Positions 47,032 to 58,027 of a DNA stretch of 64,000 nucleotides are shown here, in pieces. Under the pieces are notes generated by a model. It had not been told where the DNA came from. It did not search any database and saw only the letters and a list, made by a program, of their open reading frames with translations. Made by a program: the position numbers and the translations under genes. Positions within the stretch are counted from its first letter, which is position 1; each line of letters starts with the position of its first letter. Source of the DNA: Bacteroidota bacterium (GTDB lineage Bacteria > Bacteroidota > Bacteroidia > Bacteroidales > F082); NCBI GenBank assembly GCA_003232915.1, contig QIKE01000106.1:2703-66702 (forward strand). Reading direction: 5' to 3'.

Positions 47032-47874
47032 ATGAATTATATCTGTGTGAAATTCCTCAAATCGAATATTGAAGAGAAAAACGAAATTTTAGCGGCTACA
47101 CTTTCCTATGCCGGTTTCGAGGGTTTTGAAGAAACCGAAAATGATATTTTGGCTTATATTCCACAAAAAGATTACAAGCCTAATCAGCTTCTTTCAGTAC
47201 TTAATAGTATTGCTCACCAATTAGAAAATACTATGAGTGTGGAACTTATAATCGATCGAAATTGGAATGAGTTGTGGGAAAGCAATTATCCACCGGTATT
47301 TGTTGACAGGCGTTGCTATATTTATGCACCGTTTCACAAAAAAATGCCCGAAGCCGAATATCAAATACTTATTAAACCCAAAATGTCGTTTGGTACGGCA
47401 CATCACGAAACGACATCGCAAATATTACAACTGATGCTTGATGACGATTTTCACGGAAAACGTGTATTGGATATGGGGTGTGGCACAGGAGTTTTAAGTA
47501 TTTTGGCTTCGATGAAAGGAGCACAAAACATTGATGCCATTGACAACGACGAATGGGCTTTCCGAAATACCCTCGAAAATATTGCTTTAAATAATATTAC
47601 TAACATCAATGCAATTACGGGTGATGTAGCCGTGTTGAAAACCAACAAAATTTATGATATTATATTTGCTAACATCAACAAAAACATTCTGTTAAGAGAT
47701 ATGTCGACTTATGTTGTTGTTTTAAAACAGGACGGGAACATTTATTTTAGCGGCTTTTACGAAACCGATTTTAATGAAATTCGCAAAAAAGCTCAGTCAT
47801 TAGGTCTTGAATATCAAAGACATTTAACGAAAAACAAATGGATTGCCAGCGTTTTTAATTTAAATTTAGTATAA
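47032..47874 (+). CDS. prmA: Ribosomal protein L11 methyltransferase
   Basis: NWNELWESNY, PKMSFGTAHHETT, LDMGCGTGVL, ANINKNIL. Confidence 0.96.
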   Translation: MNYICVKFLKSNIEEKNEILAATLSYAGFEGFEETENDILAYIPQKDYKPNQLLSVLNSIAHQLENTMSVELIIDRNWNELWESNYPPVFVDRRCYIYAPFHKKMPEAEYQILIKPKMSFGTAHHETTSQILQLMLDDDFHGKRVLDMGCGTGVLSILASMKGAQNIDAIDNDEWAFRNTLENIALNNITNINAITGDVAVLKTNKIYDIIFANINKNILLRDMSTYVVVLKQDGNIYFSGFYETDFNEIRKKAQSLGLEYQRHLTKNKWIASVFNLNLV

Positions 47875-47974
47875 ATGATACATATAAAGTAGATAAGGAA
47901 ACGGTTACATTGTTCCAATACAACAATTTTCAAATTATTCAGTTTATCAATACAACAACTCAAGAATAATCAAA

Positions 47975-50900
47975 GTGTCGATGATTAAAATAAAATTTTA
48001 CATAGTTCTTTTCTTTTTTTCAATTACAGCATTACGGATGCAGGCACAGATTGTCGATTCGCTTTCTAGCAATTCGGAAGAGTTTTTTCAACAACTTTCG
48101 GGTATTTTGATGAATGTGCCTTCAAAGGTGTATCAACAGAATTCGTCGAAACTGCTCGAACGTTTTTATCAAAGCTGGTCGGTAGGCCGCTTCAACAAAG
48201 ACGAAAAAGCCGCTATCCGCCATCTTGTCGAAAAAATGCGTAAGAGAAAACTGAGGGCATATCCATATTTATACGATTATTTATACGGTTTGACACTTTT
48301 GGCCGAGTCGAATCAACCTCCAAAAAGCATTATAGCATGGCATTATTATGCTTCTAAACTCCTTGATAATAAGCAATTGCAGGGATTTACCGATTTTTTA
48401 AGCTTCAACCGGAAGCTGTTTGAGGAGCATAATTTTTATTATAAAAAGTCGCGCTCATGGTATTATCGTTTAGGACGTTTCCATTTCGATTACGATTCTT
48501 CATTTCTTTTGAAGTTCGACCACTTGAATTTAGTGATAGCAACCCGTCGCGACTCTACGATAATTCACAAAACAAGTGGAACGTATAATTACGATAAGAA
48601 ATTGTGGATTGGCAATCGAGGCACATTACGTTGGAACCGGTTCGGCGACAATGCCGCCGTTAAAATCTATGCCAAATTTAACGGTTACAGGTTCAATGTA
48701 AGCAAATCGTCAATTAGCATTGATTCGGCCCGATTGTTTTACAAGCGTTTTTTCAACAAGCCCGTACTCGGAATACTTAGCGACAGAGTAATGGTTAGCC
48801 CACCCAACAACAACAGTTCGTATCCTCGTTTTCAAACTTATTTGAACAATTTCCAACGAAAAAATATCTATCCTAAAATTGATTACTATGGGGGATACGA
48901 AATCAGAGGACTGAAATTGTTTGGAAAAGGAAATAAAAAACGCCAACCATATATTCATTTGAAGTTCAACAGCAAAGCCATTTGCACTCTTCGCTCCGAT
49001 ATATTTAGTCTTGGCGAAGAAAAAATCAAATCGGGAAGCGCCGATGTAACTTTTTATCTCGACAACGATTCTATTTATCATCCCGATTTGCACTTCCAGT
49101 ACGAAGCAAAAAATCAACATGCTATTTTTTATTCCGTTGACAATAGTTCCGAGCCAGTACCTTTTTACGACAGTTATCATAAAATGGATATTTACGTATC
49201 GGCCATTTATTGGAACCTGAATGCCGATAGTTTGACCTTTAAACGCTTGCGTGGTGTTAATCCGGTTAATAAGGCAAAATTCAAATCATCTAATTATTTT
49301 TCATCCAAAGAGTTTTACGAACTGCAAGGTATTGATGATATTAATCCTTTGTATGTTATTGCAAATTATGCACACACCTATTCTACCAAGCAAATTAGCG
49401 TAAATTCTTTTGCTGCATTTATGAACAAACCCGAAGAGCAAATTGTAGCTTTGTTTATCAATTTGTCGAAAAAAGGTTTTGTGGTTTTCGACTCCAAGAC
49501 CAATATCGCTACCTTGAAAAACCGGCTTTATCATTTTCTTGATGCAAAAAGCGGACGTACCGATTATGATGTATTGCACTTTAACTCGAAAGTGATAAAC
49601 AGCTCTAATGCGTCTTTAAATTTGAAAAGTTATACACTTAATATTTACGGTGTTCCACAGATCTTTATTAGCGACTCGCAAAAAGTGTATATCTATCCTT
49701 ACAATAAAAGAATAGCCGTTCATAAAAACCGCGATTTTTCTTTTAATGGAAAAGTTCATGCCGGATTGTTCGATTTTTATGCCCACAACAGTACATTTGT
49801 GTACGATAGTTTTATGTTGAATCTTAACTATATTGACTCAATGGCGTTTCAGGTGAAAATAAAAGATTCCGTTACCAACAAAACAAAATTAATGAAAGTG
49901 GGAAATGTTCTTCAAAAAATGAATGCCCGATTGTATATCGACAAACCTTATAACAAATCGGGTAAAAGGCGTTTTCCCGAATATCCGAAATTGTATAGCG
50001 AAGCTGAATCGTATGTTTATTTCAACCGAAAAAGCATTCAAGACAGTAGCCTGTGGCCCGAAAAGTTTTATTATAAAGTCGATCCTTTTGTTTTCGATTC
50101 GTTACTTACCTTTAGTACCAAAGGCTTGGCTTTTAAAGGTGAATTGAATTCTGGTGGGATTTTTCCCATTATCAAACAACCCCTAATAGTAATGCCCGAC
50201 TTTTCGCTTGGTTTTTTCCATCATAGTCCCCCGGAAGGGTATCCGCTTTATGGTGGGAAAGCTATTTACGGAACCGATATCAAACTTGATAACAGTGGAT
50301 TTACCGGTAACGGATTGCTGAAATATCTTAGCCTGAAAACCACTTCCAATAGGTTCGTTTTTTATCCCGACTCGTTGGTGGCTTATGCATGGGATTTTAC
50401 CGGCAAAGCATGCACCAAACCCAACGATTTTCCATATATTGATGCCGATTCGGTATTCTTAAGTTGGAAAGTCGATACTAATGTTATGTCGGTTCATACA
50501 AAACAACATCCATTTATTTTATATAATAATTCCAATTTTGCAGGTTCGCTGAAAGTTAATCCCAAATATTTAAAAGGTAACGGAGTTTTTCGGTTCGACA
50601 GAGCAGCCATAACTTCTAGAAATATCAACTTTAAACACAGTAGCTTTACTGCCGATTCCTCCGATTTTGTGTTGCAAGATTCATCAAATCAAAAGGTTGA
50701 ATTTACCGCACAAGGCTATTTTGCTTCTATCAATTTTGATAAACAAAAAGGTTGGTTCAACCATCTGTATAAAAATACTTATGTTAAATTCCCTGCAAAT
50801 CAGTATATTTCAACTTTAGACGAAGTAGAATGGCTGATGAATGAAGATCGCCTGAGCCTGTCGAGCAAAGCCGATACTAGCAGTTTTTTGTTTAGTAACA

Positions 50901-52471
50901 ATACCGATGTGCGAAAATTAGTAGCATGGCACGGAGCTGGCCCCGAGTTTATATCGGTGAAACCAGGTCAAGATTCTTTGCATTTTTATGCCCGAAAAGC
51001 TTTTTACAATATCCGCCAAACTTCTATCGACGTAGAAGGTGTTCCAATGATAAAAGTTGCCGATGCAGTAATCTTTCCTTATAAACGACGATTGAAAATT
51101 TTGGCTAATGCCCAAATCGAAACTCTCGAAAACGCTTGGATATTAATGGATACAATAACTTTTTATCACAGGGTTTATGATGCACAAATAGATATTTTTT
51201 CGCGGAAACAATATATGGCTAAGGCAACTATTGATTACAAAGATATCAATGGAACTGTTCAACCAATCAATTTGAGTAGCGTGTCGGTAAACAACGAAGG
51301 AGTGAGTGTTGGCTTCGGGCAAATCCCCAAAGAAGAAGTGTTTTTCCTCAGCCCTTACTATTTTTATTATGGTGGTATAGGTTTTATAGCCAATCGAAAA
51401 TTTTTCCGTTTTACGGGTGCCTACCAACTCAATCAAGACTGTATTGACGAACCTGAAAATTGGGTGGCTTATGATGGCGAACTTAATCCGAAAAATATTG
51501 AATTTAAAATTGATAATACAATACACGCTAAAGATAGCCTAAAAACATATTTCGGTTTAGCTTATAGCAATACTTCACATTCGTATTATCCGCTTGCCCC
51601 AGGCAACTTAAAATCGCCCGATGACCAATTGCTGCTTAACGCAACCGGCCTACTCAATTACGATACTCTTACAGCGAGTTTTAGAGTAGGCTCCAACACA
51701 CGATTCGAAAACAACGATCATACGGCTAATTACGTGTCGTTCAATACGAAAAAATGTATTCTTACCGGCTACGGCTCGCTTAAACTCGGACTCGAAACCC
51801 CTATGGTAAACATCTTGAGCATTGGTGAGTTTAAACATTTTATTATACCCGATTCTACCAAAATAAATACTATCTTATTTGTAGATTTCTTTTTCGATAA
51901 AACCGCACTTAAAACCATTGCCGATAGTTTGCGATTGTTTACCGGAAAACCTCTCAACCTTACTAAGGGTGTGTTCCCGATGGCTTTGATAAAACTCTTC
52001 GGTGCACAAAAAGGCGGACTGATGCTCAACGAAATTGCACTTTACGGAAAAATAAAAAAAACGCCACCCAAACTGCAATCAACACTCGGTTTTAACAACT
52101 TGCATCTTGTGTGGAATAAAGAAACGAATTCATTTATCTCGAATGGCCCTATCGGACTTGGCAATGTGGCCAACGAACCGATAAACAAGTATTTCAACGG
52201 TTTTGTACAGCTGAAAAAGGGTAGGGGAGGCAGCGAGATAAACATCTTGTTGAGACAAGGAAAACGTAAGTGGTATTTCTTTTCATATAGCAACAACGTT
52301 ATGCAGTTTATCTCCTCCGACCAAGTGCTCAACGACTATATAACAGGTTTGGAAGATAAAAAGCGTATACTTAACCCCAATAGCGATGAAAACTATTACG
52401 AATTTACAATTTCAACAATGCGAAAAAGTATTGACTTTTTAAGAGAAATGGAAAAAATAAAACGGAAATAA
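47975..52471 (+). CDS. Large exported beta-rich protein of unknown function
   Basis: 1498-aa ORF with signal peptide and aromatic-rich alternating beta pattern; no catalytic motif recognised. Confidence 0.85.
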   Translation: MSMIKIKFYIVLFFFSITALRMQAQIVDSLSSNSEEFFQQLSGILMNVPSKVYQQNSSKLLERFYQSWSVGRFNKDEKAAIRHLVEKMRKRKLRAYPYLYDYLYGLTLLAESNQPPKSIIAWHYYASKLLDNKQLQGFTDFLSFNRKLFEEHNFYYKKSRSWYYRLGRFHFDYDSSFLLKFDHLNLVIATRRDSTIIHKTSGTYNYDKKLWIGNRGTLRWNRFGDNAAVKIYAKFNGYRFNVSKSSISIDSARLFYKRFFNKPVLGILSDRVMVSPPNNNSSYPRFQTYLNNFQRKNIYPKIDYYGGYEIRGLKLFGKGNKKRQPYIHLKFNSKAICTLRSDIFSLGEEKIKSGSADVTFYLDNDSIYHPDLHFQYEAKNQHAIFYSVDNSSEPVPFYDSYHKMDIYVSAIYWNLNADSLTFKRLRGVNPVNKAKFKSSNYFSSKEFYELQGIDDINPLYVIANYAHTYSTKQISVNSFAAFMNKPEEQIVALFINLSKKGFVVFDSKTNIATLKNRLYHFLDAKSGRTDYDVLHFNSKVINSSNASLNLKSYTLNIYGVPQIFISDSQKVYIYPYNKRIAVHKNRDFSFNGKVHAGLFDFYAHNSTFVYDSFMLNLNYIDSMAFQVKIKDSVTNKTKLMKVGNVLQKMNARLYIDKPYNKSGKRRFPEYPKLYSEAESYVYFNRKSIQDSSLWPEKFYYKVDPFVFDSLLTFSTKGLAFKGELNSGGIFPIIKQPLIVMPDFSLGFFHHSPPEGYPLYGGKAIYGTDIKLDNSGFTGNGLLKYLSLKTTSNRFVFYPDSLVAYAWDFTGKACTKPNDFPYIDADSVFLSWKVDTNVMSVHTKQHPFILYNNSNFAGSLKVNPKYLKGNGVFRFDRAAITSRNINFKHSSFTADSSDFVLQDSSNQKVEFTAQGYFASINFDKQKGWFNHLYKNTYVKFPANQYISTLDEVEWLMNEDRLSLSSKADTSSFLFSNNTDVRKLVAWHGAGPEFISVKPGQDSLHFYARKAFYNIRQTSIDVEGVPMIKVADAVIFPYKRRLKILANAQIETLENAWILMDTITFYHRVYDAQIDIFSRKQYMAKATIDYKDINGTVQPINLSSVSVNNEGVSVGFGQIPKEEVFFLSPYYFYYGGIGFIANRKFFRFTGAYQLNQDCIDEPENWVAYDGELNPKNIEFKIDNTIHAKDSLKTYFGLAYSNTSHSYYPLAPGNLKSPDDQLLLNATGLLNYDTLTASFRVGSNTRFENNDHTANYVSFNTKKCILTGYGSLKLGLETPMVNILSIGEFKHFIIPDSTKINTILFVDFFFDKTALKTIADSLRLFTGKPLNLTKGVFPMALIKLFGAQKGGLMLNEIALYGKIKKTPPKLQSTLGFNNLHLVWNKETNSFISNGPIGLGNVANEPINKYFNGFVQLKKGRGGSEINILLRQGKRKWYFFSYSNNVMQFISSDQVLNDYITGLEDKKRILNPNSDENYYEFTISTMRKSIDFLREMEKIKRK

Positions 52472-52763
52472 ACTTGCCCGCATAATAAAGTAAGATACTC
52501 TTTTTATAAATTCGCTTTTCAACCTAACCCCTATGTTAAAGTTTCATAACAATTTGTTCGGTGTTGCGCATTAGTTCGAATATTAAAAAAAAATGTCAGT
52601 TCGACAGCAAAGCCATAGTTAGTTCAAAGCAGATGGACAATTGGGAAAAAATTATCAGCAATTTCCCATCTGGGTTCGTTATAGTTATAGAACAGCAAAT
52701 ATTATGCAAAAACGGATGAAATTGCTGTTTAGCGAATAAAAATAGTTTTCACAAAAAAAGATG

Positions 52764-52771
52764 TATCTTTG
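52764..52771 (+). promoter_or_regulatory. Candidate -7 promoter element upstream of the TPR kinase
   Basis: TATCTTTG matches TAnnTTTG. Confidence 0.45.
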
Positions 52772-52950
52772 CTCCTTATTGATAATAAAAATTAAAATTA
52801 ACACTTTTTGAAGAAACGATTATAAGTTTGATCGTTTTATTTTTTGTAAAAAGCAATGTAAGTCTTTAGCATTTCGTTAAATAAAAAAAAATCTTCACTA
52901 ATTGCTGATTTTTATATACAATTTATTAAAACAGTAAACCCTTTTATCGG

Positions 52951-55131
52951 ATGAAAAATAACCGGTATAAAATAAACGCTAAATTTTTTTTACTCCATAT
53001 TAATATTGGTTTTGTCGCATTATTTTCCTTTTGTGTTTTATTTAATATTCGGGTGGTCGCACACGATACCACAGGTTTGCATCAATATGTATCTGAATTG
53101 TCAAAAGCGAAGTATTTGCATCCCGATAGTGTGGCTTCACTGTTAGATTCGGTTAAAAACTTGTTTGATGATGAAAAGACATCTGCTGAAATGATACGTG
53201 TTTATGGCATTCTCGCAGGATTATATTCTGTTTTACAACAACCCGAAAAAGCACAAAAGTTGCTGTCTCAACAAAGAAAACTTATTACTTTTACTCATAA
53301 CGACACAGCTCTTTTGAAGTATTATTATGTAAAAGGTGTTGTTTTTATTAACCGTTGGCAAATTGACTCTGCCAACTATTACCTTAACAAAGCTTATACG
53401 TTAGCGAATAAGCTTCACGATACTCTTATGAATTCGACAGTTTCTTTCTATTTAGGAACAGTACAAAATTATATGGGTAATTACGATACTGCAATAAGTT
53501 TGTTTTTTAGTGCCGAAACATACTTTAAAAAAGTTCACAATTATGTGCTTTTGATGCATTTGTACAATTCTCTCGGAACGCTTTTTATAAACCTTGGAGA
53601 AGTCAAAAAAGCAATCTATTATCTTGATAAGGCAAGGCATTATGATCGCCTTGTACCCGAACGAAATTATTTAATAAAAATATTAAATAATTTCGGACAA
53701 GCTTATTTTGCTGCTGATAAATACGACAGCGCCCTTATCTATTATAATAAAATTCTGGCGTCTTCTTCCTCCAAAAAAAATTCTTATAGTTATTATAGTG
53801 CTCTTGTTAACATTGGTAATATCTATTTTATTTCAAACAAATATAAAAAGGCTCTTGATGCATATCGAAAAGTCTATCAATCTTCTCTTTACAAGAACAA
53901 CGAATATGTAAAAACGGCAGTAACCATAAATCTTGGAAACGTATATGTTTTTTTAAAGCAATACGATAGTGCGTCTGCGATGATAAAAAGAGGCGTTAAA
54001 CTAGCCAAACTCAACAAACTGATGGATTTTGAAGCCAATGCTTATGCCGTTTTTTATCAAATGGATTCAGCACAGGAAAGATGGAAAGATGCATTCATAA
54101 ATTTAAATAAATATTATGTTTTAAAGATGGGATTATCTAATAAAGAAACGAGAGAACATATTGAAAAATTGAGATCGATAAATGAGTTAAAATATAATAA
54201 AATAGAAACGAGAGCTTTAGAGAAAGAAAATTTATTTAAACAAAAATTGATTGAAAAACAAAATAGACTCATTTATATCGAATCGGCTTTCATTCTTTTC
54301 TTTGTTGTTCTTATCATTGTTTTTGTGATTAGTAGACTGAAAATTAAGAAACTGCATAAAGAACTGCAAATAAAAAATCGTTTGATTGAAGCAAGAAACA
54401 AAGACATTTTACAAAAAAATAATGAGTTGCAAAAAATGAACCAAATGAAAGATCGTTTTTTTTCTATCATCGGCCACGATTTGCGTTCTCCTTATAACAG
54501 TCTTCTTGGCATTTTAGATTTATTGGAAAGTCCCGCTTATGAATTTTCCGAACAAGAACAAAAAGAGTTGATCGGTGTTATTGCCAAAACCGTTAGAGAA
54601 GAGTTCAATCTACTTGATAATCTTTTGCAATGGTCGCTTACGCAAAGAGGTAAAATTACTTGTATTACCGAAACTTTTACGCTTTTTGAGATAGCAAAGA
54701 AAGCCTGTGGATTGTATGCCATCAATACCGAACAAAAAAGTATAAAACTTATAAATAATATTCCCGAACATTTAGAAGTCTGGGCAGATCTACGACTTAC
54801 ATCTAATATTATAAACAATTTGGTGAACAATGCCGTTAAATTTACTTCGGAAGGAGGCACTATAAAAATCAGTGCCCGAAAAAATGGCGATTGGGTGGAA
54901 GTTTGTATCGAAGATAATGGTTCGGGTATTCCGGCAGATAAAATCTCCAACTTATTCAATATCGACAACGAATACCGGCAACTCGGTACTGCCAATGAAA
55001 AAGGTACCGGACTGGGTTTGATAATGTGTAAAGAATTTGTACAGCTAATGGGTGGAAAAATTTATCTTGAAAGTACACAGGATATCGGCAGCCGATTTTA
55101 TTTTACTCTTCCATCGGAAAAACCTGATTAA
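52951..55131 (+). CDS. TPR-repeat sensor histidine kinase
   Basis: Periplasmic TPRs (N.G.VY....Y..A..Y), TM helix, GHDLRSP, NNLVNNAVKFT, EDNGSGI, GTGLGL. Confidence 0.92.
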   Translation: MKNNRYKINAKFFLLHINIGFVALFSFCVLFNIRVVAHDTTGLHQYVSELSKAKYLHPDSVASLLDSVKNLFDDEKTSAEMIRVYGILAGLYSVLQQPEKAQKLLSQQRKLITFTHNDTALLKYYYVKGVVFINRWQIDSANYYLNKAYTLANKLHDTLMNSTVSFYLGTVQNYMGNYDTAISLFFSAETYFKKVHNYVLLMHLYNSLGTLFINLGEVKKAIYYLDKARHYDRLVPERNYLIKILNNFGQAYFAADKYDSALIYYNKILASSSSKKNSYSYYSALVNIGNIYFISNKYKKALDAYRKVYQSSLYKNNEYVKTAVTINLGNVYVFLKQYDSASAMIKRGVKLAKLNKLMDFEANAYAVFYQMDSAQERWKDAFINLNKYYVLKMGLSNKETREHIEKLRSINELKYNKIETRALEKENLFKQKLIEKQNRLIYIESAFILFFVVLIIVFVISRLKIKKLHKELQIKNRLIEARNKDILQKNNELQKMNQMKDRFFSIIGHDLRSPYNSLLGILDLLESPAYEFSEQEQKELIGVIAKTVREEFNLLDNLLQWSLTQRGKITCITETFTLFEIAKKACGLYAINTEQKSIKLINNIPEHLEVWADLRLTSNIINNLVNNAVKFTSEGGTIKISARKNGDWVEVCIEDNGSGIPADKISNLFNIDNEYRQLGTANEKGTGLGLIMCKEFVQLMGGKIYLESTQDIGSRFYFTLPSEKPD

Positions 55132-55658
55132 TAATGCGTACCCTGATATTTTGTTTCACATACAATAGCATCGTCATCATTAATAAGCTGTTGGTCTTTG
55201 TACGTGAGCATCAAATGAATACTTGCTCTTTCTTTCGAAGGTCGTTGAATCGTCATATACAATATCAAAACCACAGCTATTACGATTAAAATAAAATCGC
55301 CACAAAGCATAAAAGCTACAATAGCAAACATTGATGCTACTTCAAGAGCGGCATATTTGGCTATCAAGGCTCCGCGATACTCGTTTAGTTTGTCGCTAAG
55401 CGTATTTTTTTGCCAAACCTTTTCGAGTTTTTTCCGGAAAATAAGCAAACTGACAGCAATGCCCGAAAATGCGAATATCAAGCTAACTATAAGCATTGTC
55501 TGTTTAAAATTTTCATTGTTGTTTTTGGCAAATTCACTCAATTGAAAGTTTAAGAATACTGCTATTACAGTAAAGAAAACAAGACCTGCTATCAATGCAA
55601 AATAAACAATTGTTAACGATCTGAAATATTGTTTTGATGTGAGTTTTTGTGTTCCCAT
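55128..55658 (-). CDS. Hypothetical membrane protein (about 4 TM helices)
   Basis: Hydrophobic helices, Y....I.KYAALE motif; convergent with the kinase. Confidence 0.75.
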   Translation of the reverse strand: MGTQKLTSKQYFRSLTIVYFALIAGLVFFTVIAVFLNFQLSEFAKNNNENFKQTMLIVSLIFAFSGIAVSLLIFRKKLEKVWQKNTLSDKLNEYRGALIAKYAALEVASMFAIVAFMLCGDFILIVIAVVLILYMTIQRPSKERASIHLMLTYKDQQLINDDDAIVCETKYQGTHY

Positions 55659-55783
55659 AAATTTAAATTTCCTTTTACAAAATATCCTATTATTTTTTTA
55701 GTTATTAATTTCATCTCAACTATTTAGCCTATTTTTAATGCTAAAAAGCAACATGATGCGATAAATAGGATTTAATAAATATT

Positions 55784-56961
55784 TTAATATTTTTCATGAT
55801 AAAATATTATTTCATTGATATTCTGTAGGTAACGATTTGTTGTGATTTGAATAAAAACTATTAAAAATATTAATACTATAATATTCAATGTGTTAACCAT
55901 TTCATCCAATGTAATTCCAGATTCTTCTGACATAACTTTTAGCCCCTCAAGTGATATTTTCTTGAGCCGGATGCCGTTGATTATGTTTTTTTGTTCGACA
56001 ATTCTTTCGGGTTTGTCCTTAATTACAACGGATTGGTGGCATGGCAATGTTTTGGTAGTTTTAAAAGTATGCATCCACTCATCAATACCATTTTTAAATT
56101 CGTAGTCAGTTTGAAAAGCATCAATGTGCATAACGCTAAAAAAGTGACCTATACTTCTATCGGCGGTGTGGTTTTTATTTTTTACATAACCCAGAGTAAG
56201 CAACACGGTAAGGCCGAAATTGGAACCGGACAAAACCACCGAAAAGATATCGACGAGTGCAGTTAAGTAAAAACGTTTGTGCCTTTCGCTTTCCACATTA
56301 CCGCAAAGAGTGCGTAGTACTTTGCCTTTTTGCAAAATCGACGGGTCGTTGGTAGTAATACTTTCTTCGTCTTCCAACATACCTTTTGGCACTTTTTTTC
56401 CTATGTTGTTCAATACATCTAATATTCCACCCGACGCGGAAACTGTGGCACAATCGGCTACAAAAGGATAATCTTTGCCAGCAGGTATGGTAACCGATAA
56501 AGGATTGGTGCCCAACATTCCACTACGGCCAAAAGTAGTAGCAACAAGCGGATTGGTATTGTTGGTGGCTATGCCAATCATCTCTTCATCAAGAACCGTC
56601 ATAGCAAAATAATCCGCTATACCGGAATGATATGAATTATAAACTGCAACCCATACCGTACCGGCTGTTTTGGTCTTTTCAATAGCCCATCCCAAAGATT
56701 TAGGCTCTGCTACTAAATTAAATCCTTTTCCACCGTGGACAAGAGTTGTGGAAGGAGTTTCGTGAACGATAAGGTGTTGTGGATTAATGGGTATTAGACA
56801 GTTTTTCAAAGATTTATATATTTCGGAAGACACATTAACACTTGTGAAGGAATTTTACGCAATTCGGCACGCATACGTACATCAATAGCATGCCACGTTT
56901 TCAATTCCATTGCTAGAAACACACGCCCGGCAAAATCGAATAAACATTGAAAAGTATTCAT
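55784..56961 (-). pseudogene. Decaying Ldh_2 family oxidoreductase (malate/L-lactate dehydrogenase-like)
   Basis: Original start at 56961 (MNTF...RAELRKIPSQ) is out of frame with ORF 55784-56833; LGTNPL retained but other motifs eroded (YNSYHSG, ERHKRFYL for GGHKGYGL). Confidence 0.75.
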
Positions 56962-57112
56962 CGGCTTTTATTTATTGCAAAGATGCAAAAAAGAAGCCGT
57001 AGTAAGAAAATTATTATCCGGTTAAAAATAAAAACCGTTTAATCGTATAATTGAAAATGCATAGTAAAATATTTATTATAAGCTATATATTAGATGTAAT
57101 CGATAATTTAAT

Positions 57113-58027
57113 TTAAAAATATATCCAGTGAAAAACCATTCCATTTTCGTTGTTGTATTCGAGGGTAGGGAAGGGAAATTTTATAAACGAGAAAGCTTTG
57201 AAAACAAAACGAAGAAACGGCGAACGGGTTTTTATTTTTGTCCAATCAACATCGGCAGTCAGGTAATACTGTGCTGTACGATTATAATAGGGAAGGGGCT
57301 TCCCATTGTGTTCGGGTGGATTGCTTGAAGCACCAATCATACCGTTTGCACTGTATCCTACAGCTACATTCAACCACACTGGAAATCTCGAATGTTTTCT
57401 CAAAAACGAATGAATGTTGGCTGAAAGCCAGTAAGTTTGGCCGTTGTAATCTTTTAAAATACTTTGCAAACCATTGCTACCCAACAGATCGCTACGATAT
57501 TGCGGGTAGTCGGTTGGATGATATGACCATTTTATACGCAAACGTTGTTCGTGCCACAAAAGTTGTTGTCCGATAAAAATACCTGTACCAAGTGTGTTGG
57601 ACATCAAATCGCCAGGAGAAGCACCCCATCTGGCTGAAAAGCCATCGAAAATTTCAATGGTAGTCATATAAATCAATCCCCAACTTCCTCCGAACCAAAT
57701 AGCTTTCTTTTCGTCGACACCTGCCCACCGTAACGACCGGTAGCCATAATTTCCAATTTGATAAGAAGTTTGTGCATGACCTATTTTGTCCATACCCATC
57801 CATTCGCTATTATCATTTATCCAGTGGAAATTACTTTGTGGATAACTCTGATACCAAGCAAAATACAATACCGCAACGGAGCTTACATATATTCCACTTG
57901 ACACAAAGGCCACCGTTTTTAACCTGTTTTTATTTACATTGTTGTGATAATCGGTATAGTATTGTGCCTGTAAGGGCAATAATATTCCCAGCAAAACAAT
58001 AATAAGAAGCGTATGCTTTCGCCACAT
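57113..58027 (-). CDS. DUF2279/YfiM-like protein
   Basis: FHWINDNSEWMGMDKIGH, IEIFDGFS..WGAS.GD, LKDYNGQTYWLS, PVWLNVAVGY. Confidence 0.85.
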   Translation of the reverse strand: MWRKHTLLIIVLLGILLPLQAQYYTDYHNNVNKNRLKTVAFVSSGIYVSSVAVLYFAWYQSYPQSNFHWINDNSEWMGMDKIGHAQTSYQIGNYGYRSLRWAGVDEKKAIWFGGSWGLIYMTTIEIFDGFSARWGASPGDLMSNTLGTGIFIGQQLLWHEQRLRIKWSYHPTDYPQYRSDLLGSNGLQSILKDYNGQTYWLSANIHSFLRKHSRFPVWLNVAVGYSANGMIGASSNPPEHNGKPLPYYNRTAQYYLTADVDWTKIKTRSPFLRFVFKAFSFIKFPFPTLEYNNENGMVFHWIYF

